In this document: positions 1 to 12,363 of the stretch, piece after piece
Numbering within the stretch: position 1 is the stretch's first letter
Layout of the letters: the number at the start of each line of letters is the position of its first letter
Assembly (NCBI GenBank): GCA_013239625.1
Contig: MU054391.1
Location: 5,291,824 to 5,351,823 of the forward strand
Length of the DNA: 60,000 nucleotides
Direction: 5' to 3'
DNA from: Lama guanicoe
Taxonomy: Eukaryota
Notes under the pieces: generated by a model
What the model was told of the DNA's origin: nothing
Database searches by the model: none
Seen by the model: the letters and a program-made list of their open reading frames with translations, nothing else
Made by a program: the position numbers and the translations under genes

Positions 1-4
1 TGCT

Positions 5-120
5 TTTTTTTTTGGCAGGGGGTATGTAGGTTTGTTTCTTTTTAGTGGAGGTACTGGGGATTGAAACCAGGACCTTGTGCTTACTAAGCACGTGCTCTAC
101 CACCGAGCTAGACCCTCCTC
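5..120 (-). mobile_element. tRNA-derived SINE, camelid Vic-1 type
   Basis: The reverse complement reads GAGGAGGGTCTAGCTCGGTGGTAGAGCACGTGCTTAG...GGTTTCAATCCCCAGTACCTCC, with A and B boxes and an A-rich tail. Confidence 0.85.
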
Positions 121-124
121 ACTA

Positions 125-400
125 GGTGGGAATTTCTTTGAGGTCTATGCCCAGGAGTAGAGCAACTGGTTACGGGATAAGCAGAGATCTGATTGGACAG
201 CTGCCCTCCAGGAGGGCGGGTGACATGCGGGGTTCATCCCTTACCTTCCCCAACACTTGGCTGTATGAAGATTTCTATTTCCTTTCAATCGAATCACTTC
301 TCAATGATCTCTCGTTATTGTTTTAATGTGTATTTCCCTGCACATTTATCTTTATCTTCTTGTGGGATTTGGGGCGAATCACTTGTAAATTGCCTGTCCG
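125..400 (-). mobile_element. Old L1 (L1M-type) ORF2 3'-end fragment
   Basis: Degenerate antisense L1 motifs (cccaggagtagagcaactgg, ccccaacacttgg, gttttaatgtgtatttccctg). Confidence 0.55.
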
Positions 401-959
401 TGCCCTCTGCTGGTTTCTCTGTCGTGGCTGCAGAGTTGCAGGAGTTCCTCTGTATCTCCTCCTTGACTCTGCCTCTTTGCACGTGCTGGTCCGCCCCACA
501 TACATGCTGGAGGGCACTTGCCCCCACAGGGGAAGGAGCAACCAGCTGCTTGAGAAGGTCAGAAGGCCCTCAGAGAAGATGACAGTGGAGCTGAGTCCGG
601 GGGATGAGTATGAAATTGCCCGCCAGGCAGACCAGATTGGGAGGAACCAGGAGATTGGAACTCCCGCCTGGAGGAAGAGCTTTGCCTCCAGGCTTAGCCC
701 CAGCTTCCACGAGGGGAGGGGAGGGTGCAGGGGAGGTGACTAGAACCAGACAGTGCTGGTGGGGTTCCCCAGGCTGGAGGCTGGAAAATGAAGGCTTCTT
801 ATAGAAAACAGTGGAGGATACAAAATCAAGGAGGATGTTTGCCAGGAGGTCACAGAAGCCAAGAACAGGAGTGCCAGGGATAGAAGAGCAGAAAATGGGG
901 CAGGAACACAGCAGCAGCCCCACGTCGCCACCTGAGGCAAGTGCTCCCAGCATGGATGA

Positions 960-1195
960 TTTTTAATCAATTTTCTTTTAATTGAAGTATAGTTGATGTA
1001 CAATGTTGTGTTAATTTCTGGTGTACAGCATAGCGATTCATTTATACACATATATACACATACTCCTTTTCATATTCTTTTTCATTATAGACCATTACCA
1101 GGTATTGAATATAGCTCTCTGTGCTGTACAGTAGGACCTGGTTGTTTATCTATTCTATACAGTAGTTTGTATCTGCAAATCCTGAACTCCCAACC
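960..1195 (-). mobile_element. L1 3' end (artiodactyl-type), 5'-truncated
   Basis: ttttttaattgaagtatagttgatgtacaat...ctgtgctgtacagtagg is a typical antisense L1 3' UTR terminus. Confidence 0.85.
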
Positions 1196-1334
1196 CTGTG
1201 GTCTCTTCCTTCGCTAAAATGAGTGGGCTCCACGTCAGTCTCCGATCACTTGGGAAACACATGGAAGGCAGTGGTCCTCTCATTTCTGTTTCCCCGGCAC
1301 GCAGTGGGCCTGGCACACAGAGGTAGTCAGGACT

Positions 1335-1520
1335 CAGTAATAACACAACTTTCTGAAGCACTGAAACTATGCGCCAGGCATCGTGCTGAGCGCTATACAA
1401 GCAGGATTGCGACCTCACAGCCCTACGTGGTTGGTACTTTAATATCTTCCTTTTGTGGGTGAAGAAATTTGAGACTTCAAGAAATCAGGTGAGGGGTCCA
1501 AGACCACACAGCTAGTGAGC
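1335..1520 (-). mobile_element. MIR SINE
   Basis: gccaggcatcgtgctgagcgct...gaagaaatttgagac...aagaccacacagctagt resembles the MIR core. Confidence 0.7.
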
Positions 1521-2319
1521 AGCGCTCAATGAGTAACCTAAAGCAAGGACGAATGCTTCCGACGGTGAAGTTCGTGCCAAGCAGAGCTACTGCCCCGAGC
1601 AGCCTTCCCTGGTGCAAAGTCAGGCTGAAATTACTAACTCTTCTCCACGGTTGCTGATCCTTTCGTTAATGTGAGTTTCAGGAGCCAGGAGGTTGAGTTG
1701 GTATTGACAGCATCCATGCACTTCTGCCGCGTGCCCTCCAGATCAGACTGGCTTTTATGGATCTAAATGTGCAAAGACACTGCCCTCGCTGGGAATGGTT
1801 GCTCTTACAGCTGAGGAGCAGCCAGGGCTCAGGGCTGACCAGGCTCCAGCACCAGCTGGGAGAAGAGTCCGGGGGACCCCTTGTCCAGCTTGTTTGCCGC
1901 TCCTGAAGCTCTGCTGGTGGCTTGCTGGGAAGTTAGGGGGGTTCCCCGGTCCTTTGTGCTGTGCTGCCTGAGAGACATCAGGCTGAGTCTCTCCTGGGGA
2001 AAAGCAGCCTGGACAGGCTTTGCCTGTAAAGAGCAGGCGATGCCACTGAGGCACAGCCTTGGGGACACTTGCCCTTCTCTGGCAGCTCCCCAGACACCAG
2101 GACAGGGGGGACCCTGGGGACAGCTCAGCAGCTCTGGGCTCTGCAGGGGTCTGGATGGGGCCAGCCACCTCCCTGGCAGTACAACCCCACTGGTGGGCAA
2201 CACAAGTCAGGAGAAGGAAGAAGACAAGGAGGAGGATTCAGCTTGGGTTGACTAGTGATCTGGAAGCCTCTCTCTAGGTCCCAAACAAAGCAGATGAAAG
2301 TCCCAAGGGCCAGTGATCA

Positions 2320-2409
2320 TTTGTTGTTGTTGTTTTGTTCTGTTTTTCAGTGGAGGTACTGGGGATTGCTAAGCACGTGCTCTGTCACTGAGCTGTACCC
2401 ACCCACCCC
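2320..2409 (-). mobile_element. Vic-1-type SINE with an internal deletion
   Basis: tggaggtactggggattg|ctaagcacgtgctctgtcactgagctgtaccc aligns to the copies at 5 and 33549 but lacks ~20 nt. Confidence 0.8.
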
Positions 2410-2620
2410 AGCAATCATTCTAATTCTGGTTTCCAACTTACAGACTGCATGATTTAGAGCAACTTAAACTCTCTGTACCTCGCTTTTCTCATGTGTGTAA
2501 TGGGAACAACAGTGTCTACTTCACGGCGATGGCGGTGGGATTAAACAGATAACAGGCATTAAGAGTCTGGAACGACAGCCAGCAGGTGGGAAGTACGCAG
2601 CGAACTTACACTGTGATTAT
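2410..2620 (+). mobile_element. MIR SINE
   Basis: aactctctgtacctcgcttttctcatgtgtgtaatggga is the MIR core. Confidence 0.7.
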
Positions 2621-2934
2621 TTGAACACCAGTTCGGGTGGGAAAGCGGCCAAGCCAGTCAAAGGAAGGGAACTGCTTGTCTCTTCAGCAGATACTTATCA
2701 GTGCCCAGAGGTCAGGCCAGGTTCAAGGTTGTACCAATCTTGGCCTGCGCTCCTGGAGCTCATACTCCAGCACGGAAATTAGATACGGGGGCTGCGTGGG
2801 GCAGGGGCGATGCGATCTCTGAAGGAGAGGCACATGGCCCAGAGTGAGGGCCTGACTCAGGCTCTGTGAGGAGTGGGTTGGGCTGGGCTCGCCTGTCAAC
2901 TCCCAGACGCCACACCAGGCACGTCTATGTTCAT

Positions 2935-3110
2935 CATCTCCCAGAATCATCCCAGCAACCCTCTGAGGGGGGTCTCTCTGAAGCCTACAGCTAAAGAAAC
3001 GGTGGCTCAGAGAGTTTGAGCTACTTGCCCAAGATCACACAGCCAGCTAGGGACAGAGTTGGGAGGGTCGGTCCCGACACCGTCTGAATGGAACTCAGTC
3101 CACGCCTTCT
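2935..3110 (-). mobile_element. MIR SINE
   Basis: gaaacggtggctcagagagtttgagctacttgcccaagatcacacagccag. Confidence 0.7.
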
Positions 3111-4924
3111 CCCTGCTCCTTTCTGTGCTGAGCTTGAGAATGTGGGCCCTGGGAAAGCCGTCATCAGCCTCTTTCCCCAGAGGGGGCAGACTCCAGTGGG
3201 TGCTGAGGCAAACTGCTTTTCTGGGCCCCAGCAGCTGACACTGGGGGTGGCTCTGGCAGCCCAGGGAAGGGCCATGAGGAGGACCAAGTGGTCCAGGTTC
3301 AGAGAAGAGCCAGCGATGGGCTCTGTCACCCAGCCTAGGGATGGTGCTCCTTCAGGTCCTCAGGCTGGGAGGAGGGTTGCTGGAGGACCTGGAGAAGGAA
3401 GAAAAGTCAGGGCTCATAGTGGACTACCTCTGCCCCAGTGCTGTCTGGAAAAGGATGTTGAAACCCAGAGGGTCAACTGTAGATAAAATCACACTTCATA
3501 GCAGGTTTGAGGGCATGATATTTAGAACTGATTATTCCTTTTGTTTGTCCCAAATCAGGAGAGAAAAGTCAACCATAAATGGGTCTTTGGGGTGTGTTTC
3601 ATTGAATCTCAGGGTGCAGTGACCAGGTGCAGGCACACTACGAGGCCCCAGAGGGCATGTCTACAGTCCTCTGGCTCCCCAGGGCTGCGGAGGAGACAGA
3701 AGTAAAGTCTCTTCTAGAAACACTTCATTGTCCTAAAGGCCTGATCACAACAGGGAGGGCTCTAACAGCTAATAGCTTAACTGCTTTAACTTACCTCGGT
3801 AAACAAGAACACCTTTTGGCCAGGTTTTGCTGACCAGGGTACGGTGTTTTTTCCCAGCATGGTCTGGGGAGAGAAAGGTAGTGACAGTCTCTGTGTGGGA
3901 CCTCTCACACATGGCCCGGCCCCTGCTTTTCCCTTTTCAACTCAAGCCCCAAGATGTGGTGATTAAAGCAGATCTTTCATGAATCCTGCAGCTGCATTTA
4001 TAGACAATATGTAATTGAATCCTAGAGGGGGGAATCATATGTCTGCTTACAGAAGGAGCCTCAGAGATGTTGGACACGCTCATCCAGGTGCACCTGGGAG
4101 GCAGAGCGAGGACTGGTCTGGCCCTCCAAGCCCAGGCTCCCTTCCCCGTACAAGGTCTTCAGCAAGGCAGCAGGCCCGGTTCTGCAGGGCACGGTAATGC
4201 CTCCAGGGACAGCGGCTCCAGCCACTCCTGCTGGGCCTTTTGCAATTTTACGACTCTATCAGCTGTGAAAGTGTGTTCTAATGAATGGGCTTTCCACAGC
4301 AATTCATCAATTAGTTAAAAATTGCATCTGATCGATTTTCCCATGAGGTTTGGCTCCAACCGCTTCTCGGAAGGAGCGGCCAGAGCCCCAGCTGTGTTCT
4401 CTGCACCACATCAGCCTCTGTCTCACTGGCTCTTGTCATGTCTGCAGCCAGAGTGAAATCAATCTGTTTAAGGCTAAGGAGAAGAGGTGACTTTTACTTC
4501 CTTAAATCATGCTCCTTTTGTGGGCCTTTTTTTAAAATCAACAAATCAAATGCTTTAAAATTTAAAAATAAAAGAAGTTTATTTAAATAGCCTCCAATTG
4601 TGCAATTCCTCGTTATAAAGTGTAGGGGTGCAGATACACGGAGTTCCACACGTGACGGATCAGATGCGGAGCAAGAGCAGCAGGGTAGAAATTGCCCAGC
4701 AGGTGGAGGGTCAGCTGGAAGCCAGGGGCTCGTGAAGAGACAGGAGCTTCTCCCAGATGCTCCACCCAGTAAAGTGGTCCCGGGGCACACGGGCACCTGC
4801 CGGGAAGTTAACCACGTCTAGGCAATGAGTCCTTTCCTCTTCCTGGGCTACCGTTGACCACTGTCTTCTCTTCTGGGCCAGTGTCTTGTGACAGGGATTG
4901 AGGAAAGCCAACCCAAGAACCATT

Positions 4925-5356
4925 CTTCCTTTCTTCCTTATTAATTATATCCAGATTCAATTCAAGGAAGCAGTGTGTCTTGCTAAAAACTAAATTTCCC
5001 AATCACCCTGCAATGATGTGTGGTCCTGTGACACGGTTCTGTCAAAGGAGATTCAGTGGAAGATGTTGGATGGGGCTTGTAGGCCCCTCCTGCCTTTTAA
5101 GCTTCCCCTCTGTCTTCCTGGAATAGAGACATGATGGCTGGATCTCCAGCAGGCATCCTGGGACCACAGGGCAACAAACGCCTGCCAAGGATGGCTGTAA
5201 GGAGGGACAGAGGGAGCCTGGGTCTCTGAGGAGCTGCCATATCCATTTTGGGCTGCTCTCCGCTGGACTTCTTTTGCATAAGAGAAACATACATCCCTAT
5301 CTTCTTTTAGTCACTGTTATTTGTATTATCTGTTCATTGCAGCCAAATTCAGTCTC
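4925..5356 (+). mobile_element. MaLR (MLT1-type) solo LTR
   Basis: tgtggtcctgtgacacggttctg at the 5' side, and a 3' end of ggacttctt...agagaaacatacatccctatcttcttttagtcactgtt...tgcagccaaa, as typical of old MLT1. Confidence 0.6.
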
Positions 5357-6422
5357 AAGAAGCTGAGAAGGGAGTAGCCATAGTACATTAAGGATGCATC
5401 AGGATAATCATAGCACGTTAAATAGTTGTCAGTGGGACTAAGAAGTAACCCATGCAGTACCCGATGTGGAACAAAATCTATGTACCTGTCACTTCCTTGA
5501 GGGCCAATGAGGCTGGGCTCCTATGCCACCCTCATTGCAGTGAGGATGGAGCAGTGAGGGGGTGACAGCTCCTCTGTCTTGGGGAGAGTTCTCCATAGCA
5601 AGAATGATGAGTTTGCAGAATTGTCGCAAAGACCATCTTGAGCCCCAGTGTTGTACCTCCATCCTGGACCATCCTCCAGGGGCTGTCAACCCACCAGCTG
5701 CTGCAGGTGTTTCCACAGTGTCTCCCTCCCTCTCACCTCACTGGTGGGACTGGGACCACCTTTAGGTTGACGGTCCTGCGGGGGCCCTTTCACGGTGTGC
5801 TTGAGCTGTCTGCCATGGCTCATAGGAGCCACGTGTACCCATTTCTTCCCCACTTCACATTCAGTGAGGTGGCAGCTGGAAATCAGCTGTGTTGGGAGCA
5901 CTTACACCACAAAAAACAGAAAACACCTCCTACAAGGGCTTTTACCTGAGAGAGCTGGTTCTGAAACTCTTACCACCGCCCCCACTCCCCGATACTCCTC
6001 TCCCAAGAGGGCCAACATGACCGTAAGCAGTCTTTGGAAACATGCTCAGGTAGTGGTTTGCTACTTGGGTGTACTCCAGAATCACTGAGAAGCTAGGTGA
6101 TGGCATCCTCGGTCCTACCCTGAGTGGGCTCAGCGCCCTCTGTCCACGTGCCACAGGCAGTGACAAAACCAGGATCAGTCGCTCCATGTTCCAGTCCCAC
6201 TAATGAAAGCTTTGTGCACACATTAAATAAAGTCAGTCACCTCCTTTCAGGGTACACAGCAAAAAATACTCCTCCTGGACTGCATCCCAGTGGACAGAAG
6301 TGTCATGTTTTTGTTTTGAGTGATCTTGGAAAATGTGAACTAGAGTTCACACTTGTTTTGCATACTGGCCTGATCCCAAAACTTGTCACAGCCTAAGTTT
6401 GGCGATAGCAAGGATAAATCAG

Positions 6423-6452
6423 GGTGGATGAATGGATAGATGGATGGATGGA
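6423..6452. repeat. (GGAT)n-like microsatellite
   Basis: ggtggatgaatggatagatggatggatgga. Confidence 0.85.
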
Positions 6453-7949
6453 AGCCCCCGTATTTTGCAGGAGTATATACAGCATCACTATACCATCCAC
6501 CTATTAGGATAATGGTACCTTCCTGAGATCTGGAAATAGACAGGCCTTCTTCCAAACAGCAAAGAGGAGAGGTGCCTAGGGAAATTCTAAGCTCAAGCTG
6601 TCAAAGCTAGACAAGCTGAACTAGGTACTCCTGAAATGGCAGAGCAGAACGAAGTGCACTTCTTCTTTCTTGTGTTGCCAAGGGCTAGCTGGAAACCAAG
6701 GAGCAGAGGAGTGGCTGGGTCAATCCAGGATGGGACATGATCAAATATCCCTCTAGTGCACGCAGAGAAGGAAACGAATTTTCCAGAGATCTGAAAGCAG
6801 GGGCAAGAGAGGAAACCGGAGTGGGTGCCCAGAAGTCAAGAGGGAAGGAAGGCAAGCTATGAAGAGCAGGTGGAGAAGGACAGGGATGTCCTGGGGTCCC
6901 ACTGTATGGTCCTCTGGGGTGGTCACTGAAAACACCTGTCCTGGCTGGGTGGCCTGGGCCAGAGTTATTTCTAAGTGCTTCCTGTTCTATTTTCTCCTAG
7001 TTCCTAGTGGATCCAGGTTTCCTGCTTCCTGTACCAATGCACAAGTCCTATCCATTCGTTTATTCCTACATCCCTCCTGCTGAATCTCCCCAGGAAGCTA
7101 GGGAAGTGAGAGAGGAGGGGACAGATGCTACATTTTCTGACAACCTTGCCTGATTGTGGTGTCACTTTAGGCCTTATTCCTACCGTACCTTCCCTTCCAG
7201 CCAATCTCCAAGGCAGGTGGACAGCTGCTCCTAAGTGTAACCATGTGGGGACCCACGGTTCCCTGCCTGATTGTCACCTGTGACCATGCCCAGATGGAAA
7301 ACAGAGCATTCATTCCAGTGAGCGAAGCTCCCAGGATGTTCCGAGTTCCCCTGCTCTGGGGACCCCTGCACTTCTCTGTGTAATGGCGCCCCCCAATCTC
7401 AGCAGGTAAGACATTTTGCAGCTGGGAGATGTGCCTGGGTTCTGGTTCTAATCTGACGCTAATTGGAGCTGATGTGAAGTCTCCTCTCAGGTAGCTGATC
7501 ATGAATACTATTAGCTCTGCGTGACCCACGCTCACAAGCAACACAGGGCTCAGAGGGTGATCGAAACTGTAAATTCTTAGGAATTGTAGGTATTACTCAA
7601 AAATAACTATGAAATCAGCATGTGAGTAAGGTATGCCAGCTTGGAGCCTTTTTAGGATGCTGTTAGCAAATCAATTTTAATCGGGGAGTTAATACATTCT
7701 TATAATACATGTGATTTATTCGGGGCTAGATTATAGAGATTATCTTTAAAATCTGGTATGTCGAGAATTGCTTTTTATGTGCCCAAGTGCTTGTAACCCC
7801 ACATAAAATTATGTTGCTACGGTCCATTCATCCAGGAAATAATTAGCCAACAATTCGAGATAATCTGTGACTGAAGGTCGAATGAATGGCGTGGCTCCCA
7901 ATACGGTATAGGCTGGACGGGGCCAGGAGACTGTACATACAGGGACCCC

Positions 7950-8185
7950 AAACGAGCACTTACCGTCTGCCATGCCCTGCTAAGGGACTGACCCACAATG
8001 TCCCATTAACCCTCAAACAACCCCACTGGAGAGGTAGTATAACTGCACCTATTTCACGGTGGGAGAAACTGAGGCCTGGGGAGGTTGAGTGACTTGCCTA
8101 TGGTGAGAGAACTAGTGAACGGGAGTCGGGATATTATTTAAGGTTTGCATGACTACAGAATCCGACCTGATAACGGGTACACTGT
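7950..8185 (-). mobile_element. MIR SINE
   Basis: atttcacggtgggagaaactgaggcctggggaggttgagtgacttgcc. Confidence 0.8.
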
Positions 8186-8412
8186 CTCATGCAGGAGAGG
8201 TGGACCGTTAATCCCAGAGGGTCCTCATTTGCGTTTGAAATCTCTGCCTTGTCATTTTTTTTTAATAAACTGAGTAACAGAAAACTTAGTAACTTCGCTG
8301 CAAGAAGAAAATAACCTACTTACTTTCAAGTAAAACCTTGTTTTTAATTATAAAAACAAGTCATGCTTGTAAAAATTAAAGTGAAATGTGTTGAATTAAG
8401 AATTCCCTTTCA

Positions 8413-8629
8413 GCTGGGGATTAACAGACACCTGTTACTTTTCATAAACTAGATAAACAGCAAGGACCTACTGGATAGCACCGGGAACTACATTCACTTT
8501 CTTGTTAATACAATAAAAGAATCTGAAGAGAAAATACATATGTGTGTAGATGTATAACTGAATCACCGAGCTGTACACCTGAAACTAACAGTGTAAATCA
8601 ACTACATTTCAATTAAAAAATTTTACAAA
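8413..8629 (+). mobile_element. 5'-truncated L1 3' end with a 15-bp TSD
   Basis: L1 3' UTR (gataaacagcaaggacctactggatagcac...tgtaaatcaactacatttcaattaaaaaa) flanked by AAGAATTCCCTTTCA (8398-8412) and AAGAATTCCCCTTCA (8630-8644). Confidence 0.9.
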
Positions 8630-8939
8630 AAGAATTCCCCTTCAATCCTATACCTCAAAAGAAATCACTGACTCTGATTTTCAGCCTTTCAAACATGTAG
8701 CTATACAAATACAGACATATCAACATATGCTACAGTTAATAGAGTTTCTAATTAAAATTTGTATTGAGCTACGTGGAGTGGCTGTCCAGGCGACAGAGGA
8801 TGCACAAGGGCAGCAGCCCTCCCATGGAGAGCTCCAGACGTCAAGAACATCCCAGCGCAGACCACAGGAGGTGTCAGCATGTAAAGGACCAGAGCCCGAC
8901 GGCCGGGTACTGTCTAAAGCAGTATTTTATTTCATCGAT

Positions 8940-9070
8940 CACTTGTTCTTTCTCTGCCTTCCCCAAGTACAATGTTCTTTCTGCAAGGGCAGGAACTTAC
9001 CCGTATCCCTAGCACTGAACTGCCTGACACATGATAAGTACTAAATAAATTGCTGCTGAATGAATGAATA
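8940..9070 (+). mobile_element. L2 3' end
   Basis: gcaagggcagg...tgcctgacacatgataagtactaaataaattgctgctgaatgaatgaat. Confidence 0.7.
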
Positions 9071-9619
9071 AATTTCTTTTTCTCTTATAATAAAATAATT
9101 TTCTCTTATAAAATAAATTTCTCTTCATAGGTCCATCTGTCCTACTTATTTGTCACCTATTGGGCTAGGGCCACATCATTTTAATTCCTGTGGCATTTTT
9201 TTCCATTTAGGAATCTGGAAGAGCAAGTTTCCCTTCATTCTCCTTTTAAAAAATGTTTCTGGGCTATTCTCATGTATTTTCTCCCTCACCTATTAAACTT
9301 GGAATCAACTTATAAAGTTTTCTGCAAAATCTCATTGAGACTTTGATTGCAATTAGAATGAATGTATAGATTAATTTGGAGAGAATCAACCTCTTTAGGA
9401 CATTGAGTCTTTTCATAGAGGAAAATGTATGTCTCTCCATTTATTCACATCTGTTGTTAAGAGCATATTTGTAATTGCTATGACTTCCTGATGGATTGGC
9501 CCTTTCATCCTCATAAAACATCCTTCTCTGTCTCTAGTAACAATTTTTCCCTCAAAGCCTACTTTGTCTGATACTAAGGTAGCCACTCCAGCTTTCCTTG
9601 GGTTGCCCTTTGCACAGCA

Positions 9620-9829
9620 CAGTTGGCCCTTGAACAACACGGCGGCTAGGGGTGCAGTCAAAAATCTGAATATATCTTTACAGTTGGCCCTTCACACCCA
9701 TAGCTCCACAGCTGCAGACTCAACCAATTGTGGATCATGTAGTTCTGTACGTAGTACGTATTTACTGGAAAACGTCCACGTATAAGTGGACCCATACAGT
9801 TCCAACCCATATCGTTCAAGGGTCAACTG
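9620..9829. mobile_element. Tigger2-derived non-autonomous DNA transposon (MER8/Tigger2a-like)
   Basis: Terminal inverted repeats CAGTTGGCCCTTGAACAACAC ... CGTTCAAGGGTCAACTG. The element interrupts L1 ORF2. Confidence 0.85.
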
Positions 9830-10522
9830 TGTACCATTCCATCCTTTTACTTACATTTATTTGTGGTTTTGGATTTACAGTGTGTCTCTTGTGGGCAACA
9901 TATTGGCAAAACATGCTTATTGTCCATTCTGTTGCTTTCTGCCTTTTGACTGAATGTTCGGTTTATTTACATTTAATGTAAGTGTACTTTCTTATAAGGA
10001 AGGGTTTACTCTGCCTTCTTGCTGTTTTTTTTCTGTGTGTCTTATATATCTGGTGTGTCTCTGTTTCTCCATTACTGCTGCTTTTCTGTTGAATAGATAT
10101 TTTCTAATGTACCATTTCAACTTCCTCATTGTTTCTTTAATTATATTTTTGTTATTTTAGTAGTGGTTGTCCCGAGGATTACAATTAACATATTAACTTA
10201 AAACACTCTAGCTCAGACTAGTACCAATTTGATTTCAATTGTACACAAAGATGCTGCTCTAATGTAGCTTCATTTCTCCCTCTTTTGTGCAATTATTGTC
10301 ATACAAATTATATCCTTATACATTAAAGCGCATCAAACACAGTCTTATAATTATTTCTTTATGCAATTGTCTTTTAAATGGGTTTGCAGGAAATAGGTTA
10401 AAAATAAAAATGTCTTTTATACTTCCCTACGCAGTTCTGTCTACGGGCATTTATTCATTCTTCTTGTGGAACTGACTTCCTGTCTAGTGTCCTTTCATTT
10501 AGAAATCCCTCTTGTATTTCTT

Positions 10523-10864
10523 TTTTTTTAACTATTTTTTTATTTATTTATGTATTTATTTTATAATATATTTTTTAATTGAAGTATAGTTGATGTACAA
10601 TATTATATGTTACAGGTATACAATATAGTGATACTCAAATTTTTAAGTTTATGTTCCATTTGTAGCTATTATAAAGTATTGACTACATTCCCCATGTTGT
10701 ACAATACATTCTTGTAGCTTATTTTATACCTGACAGTTTGTAGCTCTCAATCCTCCACCTCCATTTTGCCCCGCCCCTTCCGCCTCCCCACTCGTTCCTT
10801 CTCTACATCTGTGAGTCTGTTTCTTTTCTGTAATATTCGCTAGTTTGTTGTACTTTTTTAGAAG
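10523..10864 (-). mobile_element. Younger L1 3' end nested in the older L1, with a 19-bp TSD
   Basis: Perfect AATCCCTCTTGTATTTCTT at 10504-10522 and 10865-10883, a T-rich tail, and the ttaattgaagtatagttgatgtacaat terminus. Confidence 0.92.
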
Positions 10865-11009
10865 AATCCCTCTTGTATTTCTTGGAGTGGAGGCTTGCTG
10901 GGACAAATCCACTCAGTTTTTGTTTATTTGGGAAAAATCTGAATTTCTCCTTTATTTTTGAAGGATAGTTTTTGCTGGATGAAGAATTCTTGGTTGGCCA
11001 TCTTTTCTT

Positions 11010-11150
11010 GTGCAAAGCAGGAGTCAGAGGTAAAGGAAGGAGAAAAGGAGCAGCAAGAGTATCTGAAAAAATAAGGGCTGAAAATTCCGCAAATTTGATG
11101 AAAAACATCAGTCTGCACATCCAAGCAGCTCAGTGAGCTCCCAGGAGGCA
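11010..11150 (+). mobile_element. L1 ORF1 fragment, inverted relative to the adjacent L1
   Basis: Plus-strand EKIRAENSANLMKNISLHIQAAQ matches the ORF1 motif ENFPNLMKNINLHIQEAQ. Confidence 0.75.
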
Positions 11151-11649
11151 GAGGCATGACCATTTAATCAACATACTGGAAGGAATTCCAGACTCTCCAG
11201 CAGAAGCCTATGAAAAACAGGCTGCTTATCTCCTAATGAAAATGGAACCACAGTGTAATCAGCGGTGTGTCTGTGGTGAGCAGAGAGACTTCCTGTAGCT
11301 TCCAGGGAAATGTTGAGAAAGCAAACTTTCTAGCCATAGATTCAGGTATGAAACTGTGTCTTTCTTTAGTTTATTAGGACTGGACTTTGTTTCTGTCTTT
11401 ACTCCTGATGCCTCTTAGTAACAGAAAATAATATTTTGCCAATTCGAGGGTTTCTCAGTTGACTCATGAGAAAATTACACAATTTCTATTTCTCTGCTCT
11501 CTACTTTCTCCTTAGAGCTGCAGCGAAGCTAGCTGGGGAATTCCTAGCATTAGGGGATGAGGGTAGGCACATAGTTCTTGGTCATCAAACACCTCCGAGC
11601 TGACATCCATGCAGATGACCACGTGCCCAGTTCTGCATTTATGTAAGAA

Positions 11650-11890
11650 CTCCCTGCAGTGCTAAGCGGTTGTCTGCTGGACACAGCTCTCAGTGCTTTG
11701 AAAATAGCAGCAAACATAATCCTGGTACCAACGCTATCAGGTGGGTCACAGTTCCATTTTACAGGGGGAGGAGACTGAGGCACAGAGAGGTTATATGACT
11801 TGCCGAAGGTCACAGACCTAAAAGTTGTGGATTTGGGATTCCAGCTCATGCATTCTGGCTCCAGTCTGTGCTCTTAACTGCCATGTTCTG
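11650..11890 (-). mobile_element. MIR SINE
   Basis: ccattttacagggggaggagactgaggcacagagaggttatatgacttgccgaaggtcacag. Confidence 0.85.
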
Positions 11891-12363
11891 CTGTCCCTCC
11901 ACATGGCCATCAGTCCTGAAGGCCATGCCACATTCTTTCTTCCAAGCCAGAAGGACCCTCCAGGGCTGCTGATTCTGGCGTCCAGACTGAGCCCGTCTCA
12001 GTCAGAAGAGGAGAATGGCTGGCTGCTCTCCACGCCCCAGTGGCAGGATCAGGACCATAAGGCTGCCCTCAGCGCATCTTCCAGAAGCTCCAAGCGGCCT
12101 TTTCTGTGGCTCCAGTCCCCTCTGCTCTTGGGTCACAAACATACCTGGAACTTCCCCCCAACCTGGGGCCCCGCCTGACCAGGGCAGTGTGCAGGTCCAC
12201 ATGGGGCCGCCTCCTGGGCCCTCCTCCCTGACTGTCCCCTCTGCCAGCTCAGGACGCCTCTCCAGGCTGCTGAGAGGGCGGGAAGAAGCACCTCTGGAGA
12301 GCCACAAACTACCTGAACCCTCTGCCTGCCTCACACCGGGATCACAGCTTTTCAAACTAGAAA

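Larger units (their letters stand above)
9130..11010 (-). mobile_element. Old L1 internal fragments (ORF1 C-terminus, ORF2 endonuclease, post-RT segment) with nested insertions
   Basis: Minus-strand peptides KAGVATLVSDKVGFEGKIVTRDREGCFMRMKGPIHQE (ORF2 endonuclease), DVNKWRDI (post-RT ORF2), and KLSFKNKGEIQIFP and FPNKQKL (ORF1). Confidence 0.88.

Noticed and set aside
5..120. tRNA-like sequences here and at 33590-33660 as tRNA genes
   Set aside because: They carry SINE tails (and a TSD at the second copy) and lack an intact cloverleaf, so they are tRNA-derived SINEs.
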